NCBI GenBank assembly: GCA_048938025.1
Contig: JBHLMP010000007.1
Span: 28,615-92,614 of the forward strand
From: Promethearchaeota archaeon
GTDB lineage: Archaea; Asgardarchaeota; Lokiarchaeia; Sigyniarchaeales; SOKP01
DNA length: 64,000 nucleotides
Direction: 5' to 3'
Made by a program: the position numbers and the translations under genes. This document shows positions 30,502-39,821 of the stretch, piece by piece (position 1 is the first letter of the stretch; each line of letters starts with the position of its first letter). A model generated the notes under the pieces. It searched no databases. It worked only from the letters and a program-made list of their open reading frames with translations, and was not told where the DNA came from.

Positions 30502-31662
30502 ATGAATCTTGAAAATTTAAAAAAGTTATTGAATATCTCTGATAGAAAAACATTATATGATGAAATCTTAAAAAATTTGCAGAGTTTTAATAATTTAGAA
30601 CATGTTCAATATAATGAATATGAAATTTCTGATGGTATAATCCCAGTTTTAACAATCACTAAAAATTTAGATATGAATCAGATTAAAAATGTAAAATTAT
30701 TCATAGGGGCACAGCATAACGAGTATAATGGTCTGTTTGGGATATTAGAATTTTTTAAAATTCTTCAAGAAGGAGAAATTAAAACTAGTGATGTTTTACA
30801 AAATAAACAAATATTGATTTTCATGCCTTTAATGAATCCATATGGGTTTCTAAACCCTCAAAAAAGTAATAAATCTGGATATTATCTAAAAAACGGGGAA
30901 AATCTTAATAGATTCTGGCGAAGAGCTTTTGTACCCGAATTTAAGAATGAAACGGAGGATTTAGATGAATATCATCATCCTGAACAAATAAAAATTGTTA
31001 AAGATTTACTTGATAATTTTTGGAAAAACGAGACAATACCAATATATATATTAGATTTTCATGAAACTTCCTTAATTGAGAGATTTCCAATTGAATTAAA
31101 TAAAAATCTTTCACCATATTATAAATTTGATCACTGGCTCAAGGAAGTAATTATATTTAATATTATTAAACTGTATAATATACACTATTCTAGAAAACCT
31201 TTATTTTTTAAATGTAATCCTTCAGCTGATCATACTCATATAAATTTAACCTATAAACAAATAGAAACCGTATCTGAGGCATTGCAAGAATATATGTCTG
31301 AAAATTTTGGACTAGGTAAGTTACCTTTTTACTTCTGTTATAACAGTAAAAGTAAAGGTTATTGCAGAAGATTGGCTAATATTGTTTATAATAAACTAAA
31401 AAGTAAATTATGGGAAACCTATTTTCCTGCTCTTAATCACTGTTTCATAAATCATGGTTGCTTTATAAACATGAGCGATGCTACAACCAGAGAAAAAGTT
31501 ATTTCTATGGAGTTGGAATCTCAAAAACAATTCTTTAACATTTTTGATGAGATTGAAAAATCAAAATCAGAGTCAAATTATTTTGAAAAAAAATTGGATT
31601 TAATCAATTTGAGTATAGAATTAACTCTAGAAACCATAAAAGAAATGATAAATTTAATTTAA
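30502..31662 (+). CDS. M14-like zinc carboxypeptidase / AstE-AspA-like deacylase
   Basis: GAQHNE, PLMNPYG, GENLNRFW, LDFHE, late SMELE; 6 nt downstream of the ATP-grasp gene. Confidence 0.72.
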   Translation: MNLENLKKLLNISDRKTLYDEILKNLQSFNNLEHVQYNEYEISDGIIPVLTITKNLDMNQIKNVKLFIGAQHNEYNGLFGILEFFKILQEGEIKTSDVLQNKQILIFMPLMNPYGFLNPQKSNKSGYYLKNGENLNRFWRRAFVPEFKNETEDLDEYHHPEQIKIVKDLLDNFWKNETIPIYILDFHETSLIERFPIELNKNLSPYYKFDHWLKEVIIFNIIKLYNIHYSRKPLFFKCNPSADHTHINLTYKQIETVSEALQEYMSENFGLGKLPFYFCYNSKSKGYCRRLANIVYNKLKSKLWETYFPALNHCFINHGCFINMSDATTREKVISMELESQKQFFNIFDEIEKSKSESNYFEKKLDLINLSIELTLETIKEMINLI

Positions 31663-31693
31663 AACTTCTGTAAATTATATTAATTTCATTCTT

Positions 31694-31876
31694 TTAATTA
31701 ATTGGAGCTATTAGTTTTTGTTTAGAGTGTTTTTTTCCATTTAGACAATCAATATGGTAATATATAGTCTCTTCCCCATAAAACTTTCCATTTATAGTAT
31801 TTCCTAAGGTAAAATGAAAGACTTCTTTTAAATTTTTAATTCCAATTTTCACTCCGCAAATCTTACAATTGGCCAT
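31694..31876 (-). CDS. Small Zn-finger protein (CxxC...HxxC)
   Basis: CKICGVKI...YYHIDC; 60 aa. Confidence 0.7.
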   Translation of the reverse strand: MANCKICGVKIGIKNLKEVFHFTLGNTINGKFYGEETIYYHIDCLNGKKHSKQKLIAPIN

Positions 31877-31961
31877 TTTGTTACTTATTTAATTCCTTTT
31901 GATATTAGTTTAAAGTGAATTATTTAAACTAAACAGATAAAAGAATTAAACAACAAATTAT

Positions 31962-32978
31962 CTATGATTCAAAAAAATTCAATGTTGCTCCAACTAAGGC
32001 TAACTCATTCTTTTTCTGAGTATGACCCCCTTTCCTTAAAATTAATTGATGGTTTTCTTGGGTTTCTAATAACAATTTATTTTGAGTAAAATTTTTCAAT
32101 TTAATTATTCTATCATTTCTTGTATGAATTAACATGACTTTTTGAGAAAAATTTCTCCATTCTTCAGTTGAAAGTTTATTTTTTACAGCCTCTATAACCA
32201 AATATGGAGATAATTTTACGTCTTCATTTTTTTTAGGAAATAATTTGACTCCTTTAATAAGATAGCTGAAAATCACTAAAGGATTGTGTTTTGGGATGTT
32301 TTGCTTATAGTATGACATTGAAGATATCGCAACAATTTTCTTGATTTTTTGATTAGGAAACCCTCCACATAATACAGTTATAGCTCCAATGCTAAATCCA
32401 ACACAGTATATTTTCATTTGGGCAAATTTCTTATTTGATTGTATCCAATCAACAATTTTTTCAAAATCGTTAATTCTTCTCAAAAATTGGCTTCTTTTTC
32501 CCGCTTTTTTAGATTCTCCAATCCCTCTTGCATCATAAGCAAGAATAATATAACCATTGTAAGCTAAAGGAAAATAGTAGTATTGGAGTGTTATTTTTGT
32601 ATCAGAAAAACCGTGAGAAATAATTATAATAGTATTTTTTGATTTAATTGCTTCTCGGTTTTTCGGAATGATTAAATCAGCTGATAGAAATCTGTTCTTT
32701 TTCTTACTTTTGTTATTAATTTCAATTCTTACTTCCGAAATCTCAAGATCATTCAGGTAAAGTGGCGCCCATCTTTTAAACCATATATCTCTAAAGCTAA
32801 AATAGATCTCAAATGGAGTAAATATAATTAGAAATGTTGTTGTTGATAAATTAAGACATGTTTGAAATGTATTGCCAAAGATATTATCGTTAACATGCCA
32901 GATATAGGCACTAACTATGAAAGATACAATTATTACTATTATACGTTTTTGATTCTTGGATAGTATAGTCTTCACCAC
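31962..32978 (-). CDS. Membrane-anchored alpha/beta hydrolase
   Basis: Two N-terminal hydrophobic helices, SHGF, YDARGIGES, GFSIG, D and GGH triad positions. Confidence 0.85.
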   Translation of the reverse strand: MVKTILSKNQKRIIVIIVSFIVSAYIWHVNDNIFGNTFQTCLNLSTTTFLIIFTPFEIYFSFRDIWFKRWAPLYLNDLEISEVRIEINNKSKKKNRFLSADLIIPKNREAIKSKNTIIIISHGFSDTKITLQYYYFPLAYNGYIILAYDARGIGESKKAGKRSQFLRRINDFEKIVDWIQSNKKFAQMKIYCVGFSIGAITVLCGGFPNQKIKKIVAISSMSYYKQNIPKHNPLVIFSYLIKGVKLFPKKNEDVKLSPYLVIEAVKNKLSTEEWRNFSQKVMLIHTRNDRIIKLKNFTQNKLLLETQENHQLILRKGGHTQKKNELALVGATLNFFES

Positions 32979-33087
32979 CTAAAAAATGCAACAAGAGTTA
33001 CTAAGATTGAATAAAAAAAAAAATGAAATAAAGATATTGAATAAAATAAATTTTCGGCTAAAAAATGCCTATAGTTTTCGAGATCTT

Positions 33088-33408
33088 TTATTTTTTAGCT
33101 TTGTCTGGAGGACATCCAAAATCATCCCTGATTTTACACTCGTGTTTACTTGAACTACCTGGACAAGGTTCACATTTAACTTTTCGTAATATTTTTTCTA
33201 CTTCCTCTATTTCTTGTCCAAATCCTTCTTCCTCGGTCTCATCAGCTAACATTTCATCTTCAATATGGTTAAGATCATACTCAAGATCCTCTTCTAAATC
33301 ATCTTTCTCAGAATACAAGTCTATAATTTCATCTCCTTCATCATCTACTTTTCCCTCAGGAATTTCATCAATCTCAGATTCTACAGGTGTAATTTTTTTC
33401 TTTGCCAT
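33088..33408 (-). CDS. Highly acidic small protein with C-terminal four-Cys cluster
   Basis: D/E-rich central tract; CEPC...C...C; ATG 33408 (MAKKK) preferred. Confidence 0.75.
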   Translation of the reverse strand: MAKKKITPVESEIDEIPEGKVDDEGDEIIDLYSEKDDLEEDLEYDLNHIEDEMLADETEEEGFGQEIEEVEKILRKVKCEPCPGSSSKHECKIRDDFGCPPDKAKK

Positions 33409-33520
33409 TTTACACACAAATTATTTTATATGAATTTTAACTTTTCATTATTTTAACTATATAATACTTGTTAAAATTTAATTTTATTATATTTTTAATT
33501 AAATAATATGCTAAATAATC

Positions 33521-35650
33521 TCAAACTGAAAAAGATCTTTTTATCCTTTCTAAAGATAAATTTTTATAAGAAACCTTTTCCATCTGATTTAATATTTTAT
33601 CATTTTGATTCAATTCCTTATAGAAATTATTTATTGCGGAGAATATAGAATTTAACTCATTATTCTGGTAAGTTTTAAAGTTATGTAAATTAAATCGCGG
33701 TAAAATATATTTGAATTGAATATTTGGAATATGATCCTTACTATAAAGTAACTCATTTAATAAGTTGAACCGGATATTAGATTTTGAGTAGATCTCTTTA
33801 AAGTATAATATATTAACTAAAATGTTGGTTAATTTTTTATAAAATTTTAAATTTGTATTAATTTCTGGGGAAAATTTATCTTTAAATTGATTTAATTCTG
33901 AATTTTTGAATATTTTTAATTCAATAGAATTTAAATCATATTGTAATTGGGAAAGAATTTGATTAATCTTCCCTAAATAAGATAATGATAAAGGAATTTC
34001 TTTGGGTAAAGGTAATCTCCTAATAAAACTCCCGTTAAATCTTAAATATCCACCTGACATGTGTAGAGAACTAAATAAAGATTTGAAAGATAAATTTATT
34101 GTATTTGAATTCATAATTGCTAGTAAACTGAATAACTGATCAGTTGAAAAAGAAGGGATAGATAAAGAATACAATCCTGTAATATTTGTATATAAACCGG
34201 GATCATAAACCCAAGTGAGATCTTTAGCAATTTCTCTAAAGATTAATTTTTCAGTTATGAGAATGTTCCAGATATTTTCAAAACGGGGAATAAATTTGAA
34301 GTATGAGATTTTTAAATCTTTTTTGGCAATTCTGATATGTTTATCAAACTTAATGTGATATTTTCCTACATTTCCAGTTCCAATTAATAAGAGATCATTG
34401 TCTGTTTCTTTCATTTCACAAGTATTATCAAAATATTTGGAATAATTTAAAAATCCAAATGGCCTATACATAATTTTTAAATCATCAATCACTATAGCCA
34501 TTGGTTTAAAATTATCATATAGATAATTTAATAAATTTATTTTACCGAATATTGGAATTGCTTTAGCAGGAAGGCTTTTTATTGAAAATTGAGGCAAAAT
34601 TTTTGAATCACTGAGATTATTTTTATGCATATCCAGCAAACTGTCGAATTTTTTAATTAAAACTGAATTATCATTACTAGGCTTCTTTTTTAGAAAAGAA
34701 ATTATGATTGGATACGCCGATATCTTTTTGAAGATAGGTAATGAAGAAATATTGACTATTTCCTTAAGTGTAGTATTATTTACGAGTATTTCTCTAATTT
34801 TAATTCCATAATCGGCTGATAAGAATTTGTTTGTAGTCAAAAAAGAAAGGCAACCTACATTTTGTTTTAATAATTCTAAAGATTTCTCTATAAAAACTAT
34901 AGAAATATCAAATAATCGATAAGCTGATTTGAATTTCTTAATTAATTTCCTCTTATAATTACTATTTTTTACTTTTTTATTTTCAATATAGGGTGGGTTT
35001 CCAATAATTATATCAAATTGATTTGAATTATATTCAAAAAGAAAATCTAAATTATAGATATTTAATTTGAGATTAAAGCCATCAATAATTTTATCTAAAT
35101 TCTCATACTTTAAATTTTCAATATTTATTTTATTAGAAGTGAAATTGGTTATATTCTTAGAAAAAAGCCATAAAACTAAGCTCAATTTTGAGATAGTATA
35201 AGCAGATTTTTCAATTTCGATTCCAAAAAGATGTTTCTCAATTATTTCTCTTCTTAAATCAAAATTTTTCTTTTCTGGATTAAGAATTTTATAAATATCA
35301 TACAGTTTGTCTGCAGCAGAAACTAGAAATCTTCCAGAACCACATGCAGGATCCAAAATTTTTATGTTTTTAATTCTCTCTCTTAATTCTTTCTTTAAAT
35401 TTTGATTTTTATTTAAAATATAATTCAAAGATTCAAGATTAAATCCATTTTGGATTAAATTTTTAGTATTTATCGATTCTTCAAAAAATATTCTTAGAAC
35501 ATTAGATACAATATAATCAACAACTTGGTTTGGTGTGTAAATTATTCCAAGATTCCGATTAACCTCTTTTCCAAAAATTTTATTATGTTCAAATGATTGA
35601 ATTAGTCTTCCTGCAAATGATAAAAATTTTTGAATTGGCTGTTTTTGCAT
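33521..35650 (-). CDS. N6-adenine DNA methyltransferase (Eco57I/TaqI-like gamma class)
   Basis: YTP, ILDPACGSGRFL (motif I), FDIIIGNPPY (motif IV), C-terminal TaqI_C-like GGYLRF...LPLP. Confidence 0.88.
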   Translation of the reverse strand: MQKQPIQKFLSFAGRLIQSFEHNKIFGKEVNRNLGIIYTPNQVVDYIVSNVLRIFFEESINTKNLIQNGFNLESLNYILNKNQNLKKELRERIKNIKILDPACGSGRFLVSAADKLYDIYKILNPEKKNFDLRREIIEKHLFGIEIEKSAYTISKLSLVLWLFSKNITNFTSNKINIENLKYENLDKIIDGFNLKLNIYNLDFLFEYNSNQFDIIIGNPPYIENKKVKNSNYKRKLIKKFKSAYRLFDISIVFIEKSLELLKQNVGCLSFLTTNKFLSADYGIKIREILVNNTTLKEIVNISSLPIFKKISAYPIIISFLKKKPSNDNSVLIKKFDSLLDMHKNNLSDSKILPQFSIKSLPAKAIPIFGKINLLNYLYDNFKPMAIVIDDLKIMYRPFGFLNYSKYFDNTCEMKETDNDLLLIGTGNVGKYHIKFDKHIRIAKKDLKISYFKFIPRFENIWNILITEKLIFREIAKDLTWVYDPGLYTNITGLYSLSIPSFSTDQLFSLLAIMNSNTINLSFKSLFSSLHMSGGYLRFNGSFIRRLPLPKEIPLSLSYLGKINQILSQLQYDLNSIELKIFKNSELNQFKDKFSPEINTNLKFYKKLTNILVNILYFKEIYSKSNIRFNLLNELLYSKDHIPNIQFKYILPRFNLHNFKTYQNNELNSIFSAINNFYKELNQNDKILNQMEKVSYKNLSLERIKRSFSV

Positions 35651-35776
35651 TGAATTTTTAATCCTATTTATATAATTATTAATTCTGTTTATGTTTATTT
35701 TTATTTTAAATTCCCTTATTTATAAAAATATTAGGAACTTTAATAAAAATAAGAAAGTTAAGAATTTTTTTAAAAA

Positions 35777-36679
35777 TTGATTGACAATAATTTTTTACAA
35801 AGTTTAATAGAAAAGCCTCAAAAAATTTCTAATTTAAAATTTGAGGATATTTCAAAAATTTTAAAGGAAGCAAAAGACATTTTTATAGAAGAAAGTCTAT
35901 TATTAGAATTTCAATTTCTTGATAACAATGAAGAAGTTTATGTTATTGGAGATATCCATGGTAATTTACATAGTTTATTAAATATAATCGAGATTATTAA
36001 AAAAAATAAGCCAAAAATTATCATTTTTTTAGGAGATATAGTAGATCGTGGAATAAGACAATTAGAATGTCTAATAATTATTTTAGCATTGAAAATCCTT
36101 AACCCTAATCGAGTTTTTCTTTTAAAAGGGAATCATGAAACCTTGGAAATGAATCAATATTATGGTTTTTTTCAAGAATTTGTGCAAAAATTTAATGATC
36201 AAGAAAAATTTAAAGAGATCTTAGAAGTTTATTATGTTCTTCCTTTTTGTGCCATAATTAACGGCATAACTTTATGCTTACATGGTGGGATTCCTGAAGA
36301 TATAGAAATCTTAAAAAAATTAAAAGGTTTAAAACATGGAAAAATTAATTCAGTATTTAAATCAGTTGTAGAAGGTTTATATCAGATTATATGGAATGAT
36401 CCTAAAGAAAGACTCAAAGGATTCACTGAAAGTTTCAGAGGTCCGGGTATTAAATTTTTTGGGGAAGATGTGTTTAATAATTTTTTGACATCAAATAATC
36501 TTAAATATCTTATTAGAGCACATGAATGTTTTCCAGAAGGATATAGATGGTTTTTTAATAATCGCTTACTATCTATATTTTCTTCAGCAAATTATAGAGG
36601 ATTTTATTCACCAAATCCTGCCTCATATGCTATAGTTAGAAATGATAAGATATTCCCAATTAATATTGAGGTATCATAA
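35777..36679 (+). CDS. PPP-family Ser/Thr protein phosphatase
   Basis: GDIHG, GDIVDRG, KGNHE, HGG, WNDP, RGPG..FG, RAHE, IFSSANY. Confidence 0.93.
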   Translation: MIDNNFLQSLIEKPQKISNLKFEDISKILKEAKDIFIEESLLLEFQFLDNNEEVYVIGDIHGNLHSLLNIIEIIKKNKPKIIIFLGDIVDRGIRQLECLIIILALKILNPNRVFLLKGNHETLEMNQYYGFFQEFVQKFNDQEKFKEILEVYYVLPFCAIINGITLCLHGGIPEDIEILKKLKGLKHGKINSVFKSVVEGLYQIIWNDPKERLKGFTESFRGPGIKFFGEDVFNNFLTSNNLKYLIRAHECFPEGYRWFFNNRLLSIFSSANYRGFYSPNPASYAIVRNDKIFPINIEVS

Positions 36680-36731
36680 GGTTAATTAAGAAGATATCTT
36701 ATTCAATTATTGAAATGAGATTTATTCTAGT

Positions 36732-36992
36732 TTAAGTAATTTGAGAAGCATCAGGTTTAATAAAGAGAAGATTATTACCACGAATAAATATCTCATTATA
36801 TTTAGCCACAGGTGATCCGTCCATAATTTCTGTGCAATTTTCTAAGATTAAGTTCATATAAGCATCAATTTCTTTTAATAATCCCTTATATTCTGTCCCA
36901 TCCTTCAATCTTAATATAATCACACTATTCTGTGCATTCTGAAGTATGGTTAAAGGACTTTTAGATTTTTGTTGGTTGTTATTTCTTGACAT
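36732..36992 (-). CDS. Sm/Lsm family RNA-binding protein
   Basis: Sm1 LKDG..YKG.L...D.YMNLIL; Sm2 IFIRGNN. Confidence 0.95.
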   Translation of the reverse strand: MSRNNNQQKSKSPLTILQNAQNSVIILRLKDGTEYKGLLKEIDAYMNLILENCTEIMDGSPVAKYNEIFIRGNNLLFIKPDASQIT

Positions 36993-37124
36993 TCTTTTAG
37001 TACCTTAATTAAAAAATATGATTTAATATTTGAAAAGATAATTTAAAGATAAATTTTTTTGAATTAAAACCTTTTTATTGGTTATTGAGTATTGGTAGAT
37101 TAAAACTTTTTTTGGTTATTTTTT

Positions 37125-37724
37125 TTGAAAAATTTGAATAAGACCATTGGTAAAAAAAAGAAGATTATAAGTAATTATAATAAAACAGCATCTTTTTACG
37201 ACAATCGATATAGAGAAATTCAAGAACAAAAATATAAAATTATTTTAAAAAATTATCAATTCAAGTCCAAACTAATTTTAGATGCTGGATGTGGTACTGG
37301 ACTCTTCATTGAATTTATAATCGCGCTAACAAATCAAAAAGATTTCATTCCTTTTATTTACGTTGGTACTGATATCTCTTTAAATATGTTAGATAAATTC
37401 AGATTTAAACTTCAAAAGTTAAAATTGAAATATGAATTTAATTTGATCTTATCAGATATAGAGAACTTACCTTTTAGAGAAAATGTTTTTCAATGTATAT
37501 TCTCTCTTACATCTTTTCAGAATCTGCCTAATATTGATGAAGGAGTTAGAAATCTGTATAGAGTAGGAAGAGATAAGGCAGATTTAAATCTTTCAATCTT
37601 AAAGAAGAATTGTAATTTGATAGAATTAATGAAATCGTTAAAACCATTGGTAAAGAATCTTAAGACAAATAATAAGGAAAATTTAGAGGATATTATTATT
37701 CACGGGAAAATTTTAAAAAGATAA
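37125..37724 (+). CDS. Class I SAM-dependent methyltransferase
   Basis: ILDAGCGTG, GTDIS..ML, DIENLPF. Confidence 0.88.
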   Translation: MKNLNKTIGKKKKIISNYNKTASFYDNRYREIQEQKYKIILKNYQFKSKLILDAGCGTGLFIEFIIALTNQKDFIPFIYVGTDISLNMLDKFRFKLQKLKLKYEFNLILSDIENLPFRENVFQCIFSLTSFQNLPNIDEGVRNLYRVGRDKADLNLSILKKNCNLIELMKSLKPLVKNLKTNNKENLEDIIIHGKILKR

Positions 37725-37734
37725 TATAAAGAAT

Positions 37735-38613
37735 CTAATTTTTATAAAAAGATGTAATTATCTTATTTACATCACTTTCAACCTTATATTTCTTTTGAAA
37801 GTAATTACATATGTTTCTAATATCCCTTTCCAAAACTGAGGCTGCATTTGGATGATCACTAAGAATCCACTGTAACCAATCTATGATTAGGATATTTCCT
37901 TCCTCATCTAATACAATATTAAATTCTCCTAAATCTCCATGGATCAAATTAGCTTTTTTATAAATTATTTCCATTTGTTTTATGATTTCATAAAAAATTT
38001 TTTCAGGGTTTTTAATACTTTTATAATAAACTAACTCTTTACCCCTTAAATAAGACATCACAACAATATGTCTATTATATCCTATTGGTTTAGGAGTATT
38101 TAAATTAAGCTTATGTATCATTTTTAAAGCTTCAAATTCTTTTTTAGCAGCAAGTCTATTTATATATAACCAAGAAAGATGGCTTCTTTCACCTATTAGA
38201 TCCCTAAAACGCTTAATACTTTTAAAACTCGTTCTACCCATTCGATATATTTTTAATGCATATATATTTGCATTATCATCCATACAACTGTATACGTCTG
38301 ATTCTTTTCCTTTTCCTATAAGAGGTCCTAATTGACTAATAATATTTTTTTCTACTAAAGTATGTAGAGCTAATAGATCATAAGATATTGAATTGAGTGT
38401 ATATCCTATTTCATATTTTGAGGAATCTCTGATAATTAAATCAAGTTTATGAACTTTATTCAAGCGAAATAGCGTCTCTTCCAACTTATATCTGGAATAA
38501 AATCTAATATTGTTAATAGTTACATATTCAGATCTTTTCATCCCAATTTCAATTGCCATTAATATTCTTAAATCCTCTTTTTCAAGGTCAGGGAGAAGTT
38601 TTGCTGCTTCCAC
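37735..38613 (-). CDS. rio2: Rio2 serine/threonine kinase
   Basis: N-terminal wHTH, GKGKESDVY, GRTSF, IHGDLGEFNI, IDWLQ. Confidence 0.93.
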   Translation of the reverse strand: MEAAKLLPDLEKEDLRILMAIEIGMKRSEYVTINNIRFYSRYKLEETLFRLNKVHKLDLIIRDSSKYEIGYTLNSISYDLLALHTLVEKNIISQLGPLIGKGKESDVYSCMDDNANIYALKIYRMGRTSFKSIKRFRDLIGERSHLSWLYINRLAAKKEFEALKMIHKLNLNTPKPIGYNRHIVVMSYLRGKELVYYKSIKNPEKIFYEIIKQMEIIYKKANLIHGDLGEFNIVLDEEGNILIIDWLQWILSDHPNAASVLERDIRNICNYFQKKYKVESDVNKIITSFYKN

Positions 38614-38931
38614 ATACTAAATTTCTTTTTTTAATTTAAAAGATTTATTAATTTGCAGTAATAAATTGCTTATCTTCTATATTTTGTAATGATTAAATGA
38701 TTTTTTATACAAAAAAATGGATTTAGAAAAATATAAAAAAAAAGACAAAATAGTAATAATTTTTTACCAGATTCCTCATATTCAATTATTTAATAAAAAT
38801 TCTCCATGTAAAAGTCAATCTTAAGGAGTGAATCTGCCATAGCTAAAACAGATCGATATAACAATAAAAAGATTAAAAAAATTAGAAATAAATTAAGAAA
38901 ATATTGGAGTTGGAGTTATTTCACATTTATT

Positions 38932-39714
38932 CTAAAATATGAATTTTCCATAAGTCTTTAGAAAAGTTATGAATTTATATAAATTTGGTATTTCAAACAA
39001 GAAAATTGCGGTTAAGTTTGAAATTAAAAATATTAAAGCATCTTTTATTCGTATTAAATAATTAGTTAAGGTGGATCCTTCTTGAAATTTAAATAAGAAT
39101 ATCCCTTGATTTAAAAATAATAATATTCCTATACAAATGATAAAGCTAGAAATGTTAAAAACTATAACTTGATGTTCTTGTTCAAAAATTCCAATTGTTA
39201 CATTGATGCCTAGGATTATTAAGGTAATGATTACAATAGTTCTAGAGAAAATTATCATATAATCATATATACTTGCGCTTACTATACAAATATTACCTGA
39301 AATATGCCAAAATAGGGAAGAATATAAATTTAATATTAAAAAAATAGGTAAAATAACTGAGATCATAGAAAAAGTGAAAAATAATTTTATGGTTATTAAT
39401 CTACTAAAAAGTAGTTTACCTTTCTCTTCTCCTTTTCTTACAGATTCCAACATTGTACTAATTTTAATTTGGATTTCTTCTGGAATTTCCTTTTTAAGCA
39501 CTTTTAATTGAAAAGTTGAATCGGGATAATTTGAGATCAAATTTTCAACCGAATTATAACCATTCTTGAATTTTCGTTTAGAACCCTTTGGACCCTTCCA
39601 TATATAGATAATCTTGTTTTCATCATCTAAAAATGCGCAAATATCGTGTAATAATAAATTTGTTTCTTCAATCCATGCATATTTATCTTCATAAAACACA
39701 TAGCTTCTAAGCAT
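38932..39714 (-). CDS. Gelsolin-like domain fused to about four transmembrane helices
   Basis: LLLHDICAFLDDENKIIYIWKGPKGS matches the gelsolin-repeat D.F.LD....IY.W.G..S pattern; four hydrophobic segments in the C-terminal half. Confidence 0.62.
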   Translation of the reverse strand: MLRSYVFYEDKYAWIEETNLLLHDICAFLDDENKIIYIWKGPKGSKRKFKNGYNSVENLISNYPDSTFQLKVLKKEIPEEIQIKISTMLESVRKGEEKGKLLFSRLITIKLFFTFSMISVILPIFLILNLYSSLFWHISGNICIVSASIYDYMIIFSRTIVIITLIILGINVTIGIFEQEHQVIVFNISSFIICIGILLFLNQGIFLFKFQEGSTLTNYLIRIKDALIFLISNLTAIFLFEIPNLYKFITFLKTYGKFIF

Positions 39715-39821
39715 AATCTGTCATTTAATCTTAAATATCATTGATTTTTATTTTTTCCTACATTTTTTAGAAAAGAGATAAATTTATTTAAAAGTATGAA
39801 AAAAACTTATTGCTTTTAATT

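Noticed and set aside
33065-33433. Ser-rich 122-aa plus-strand ORF
   Set aside because: Antisense reading of GAA/GAT codons of the acidic protein
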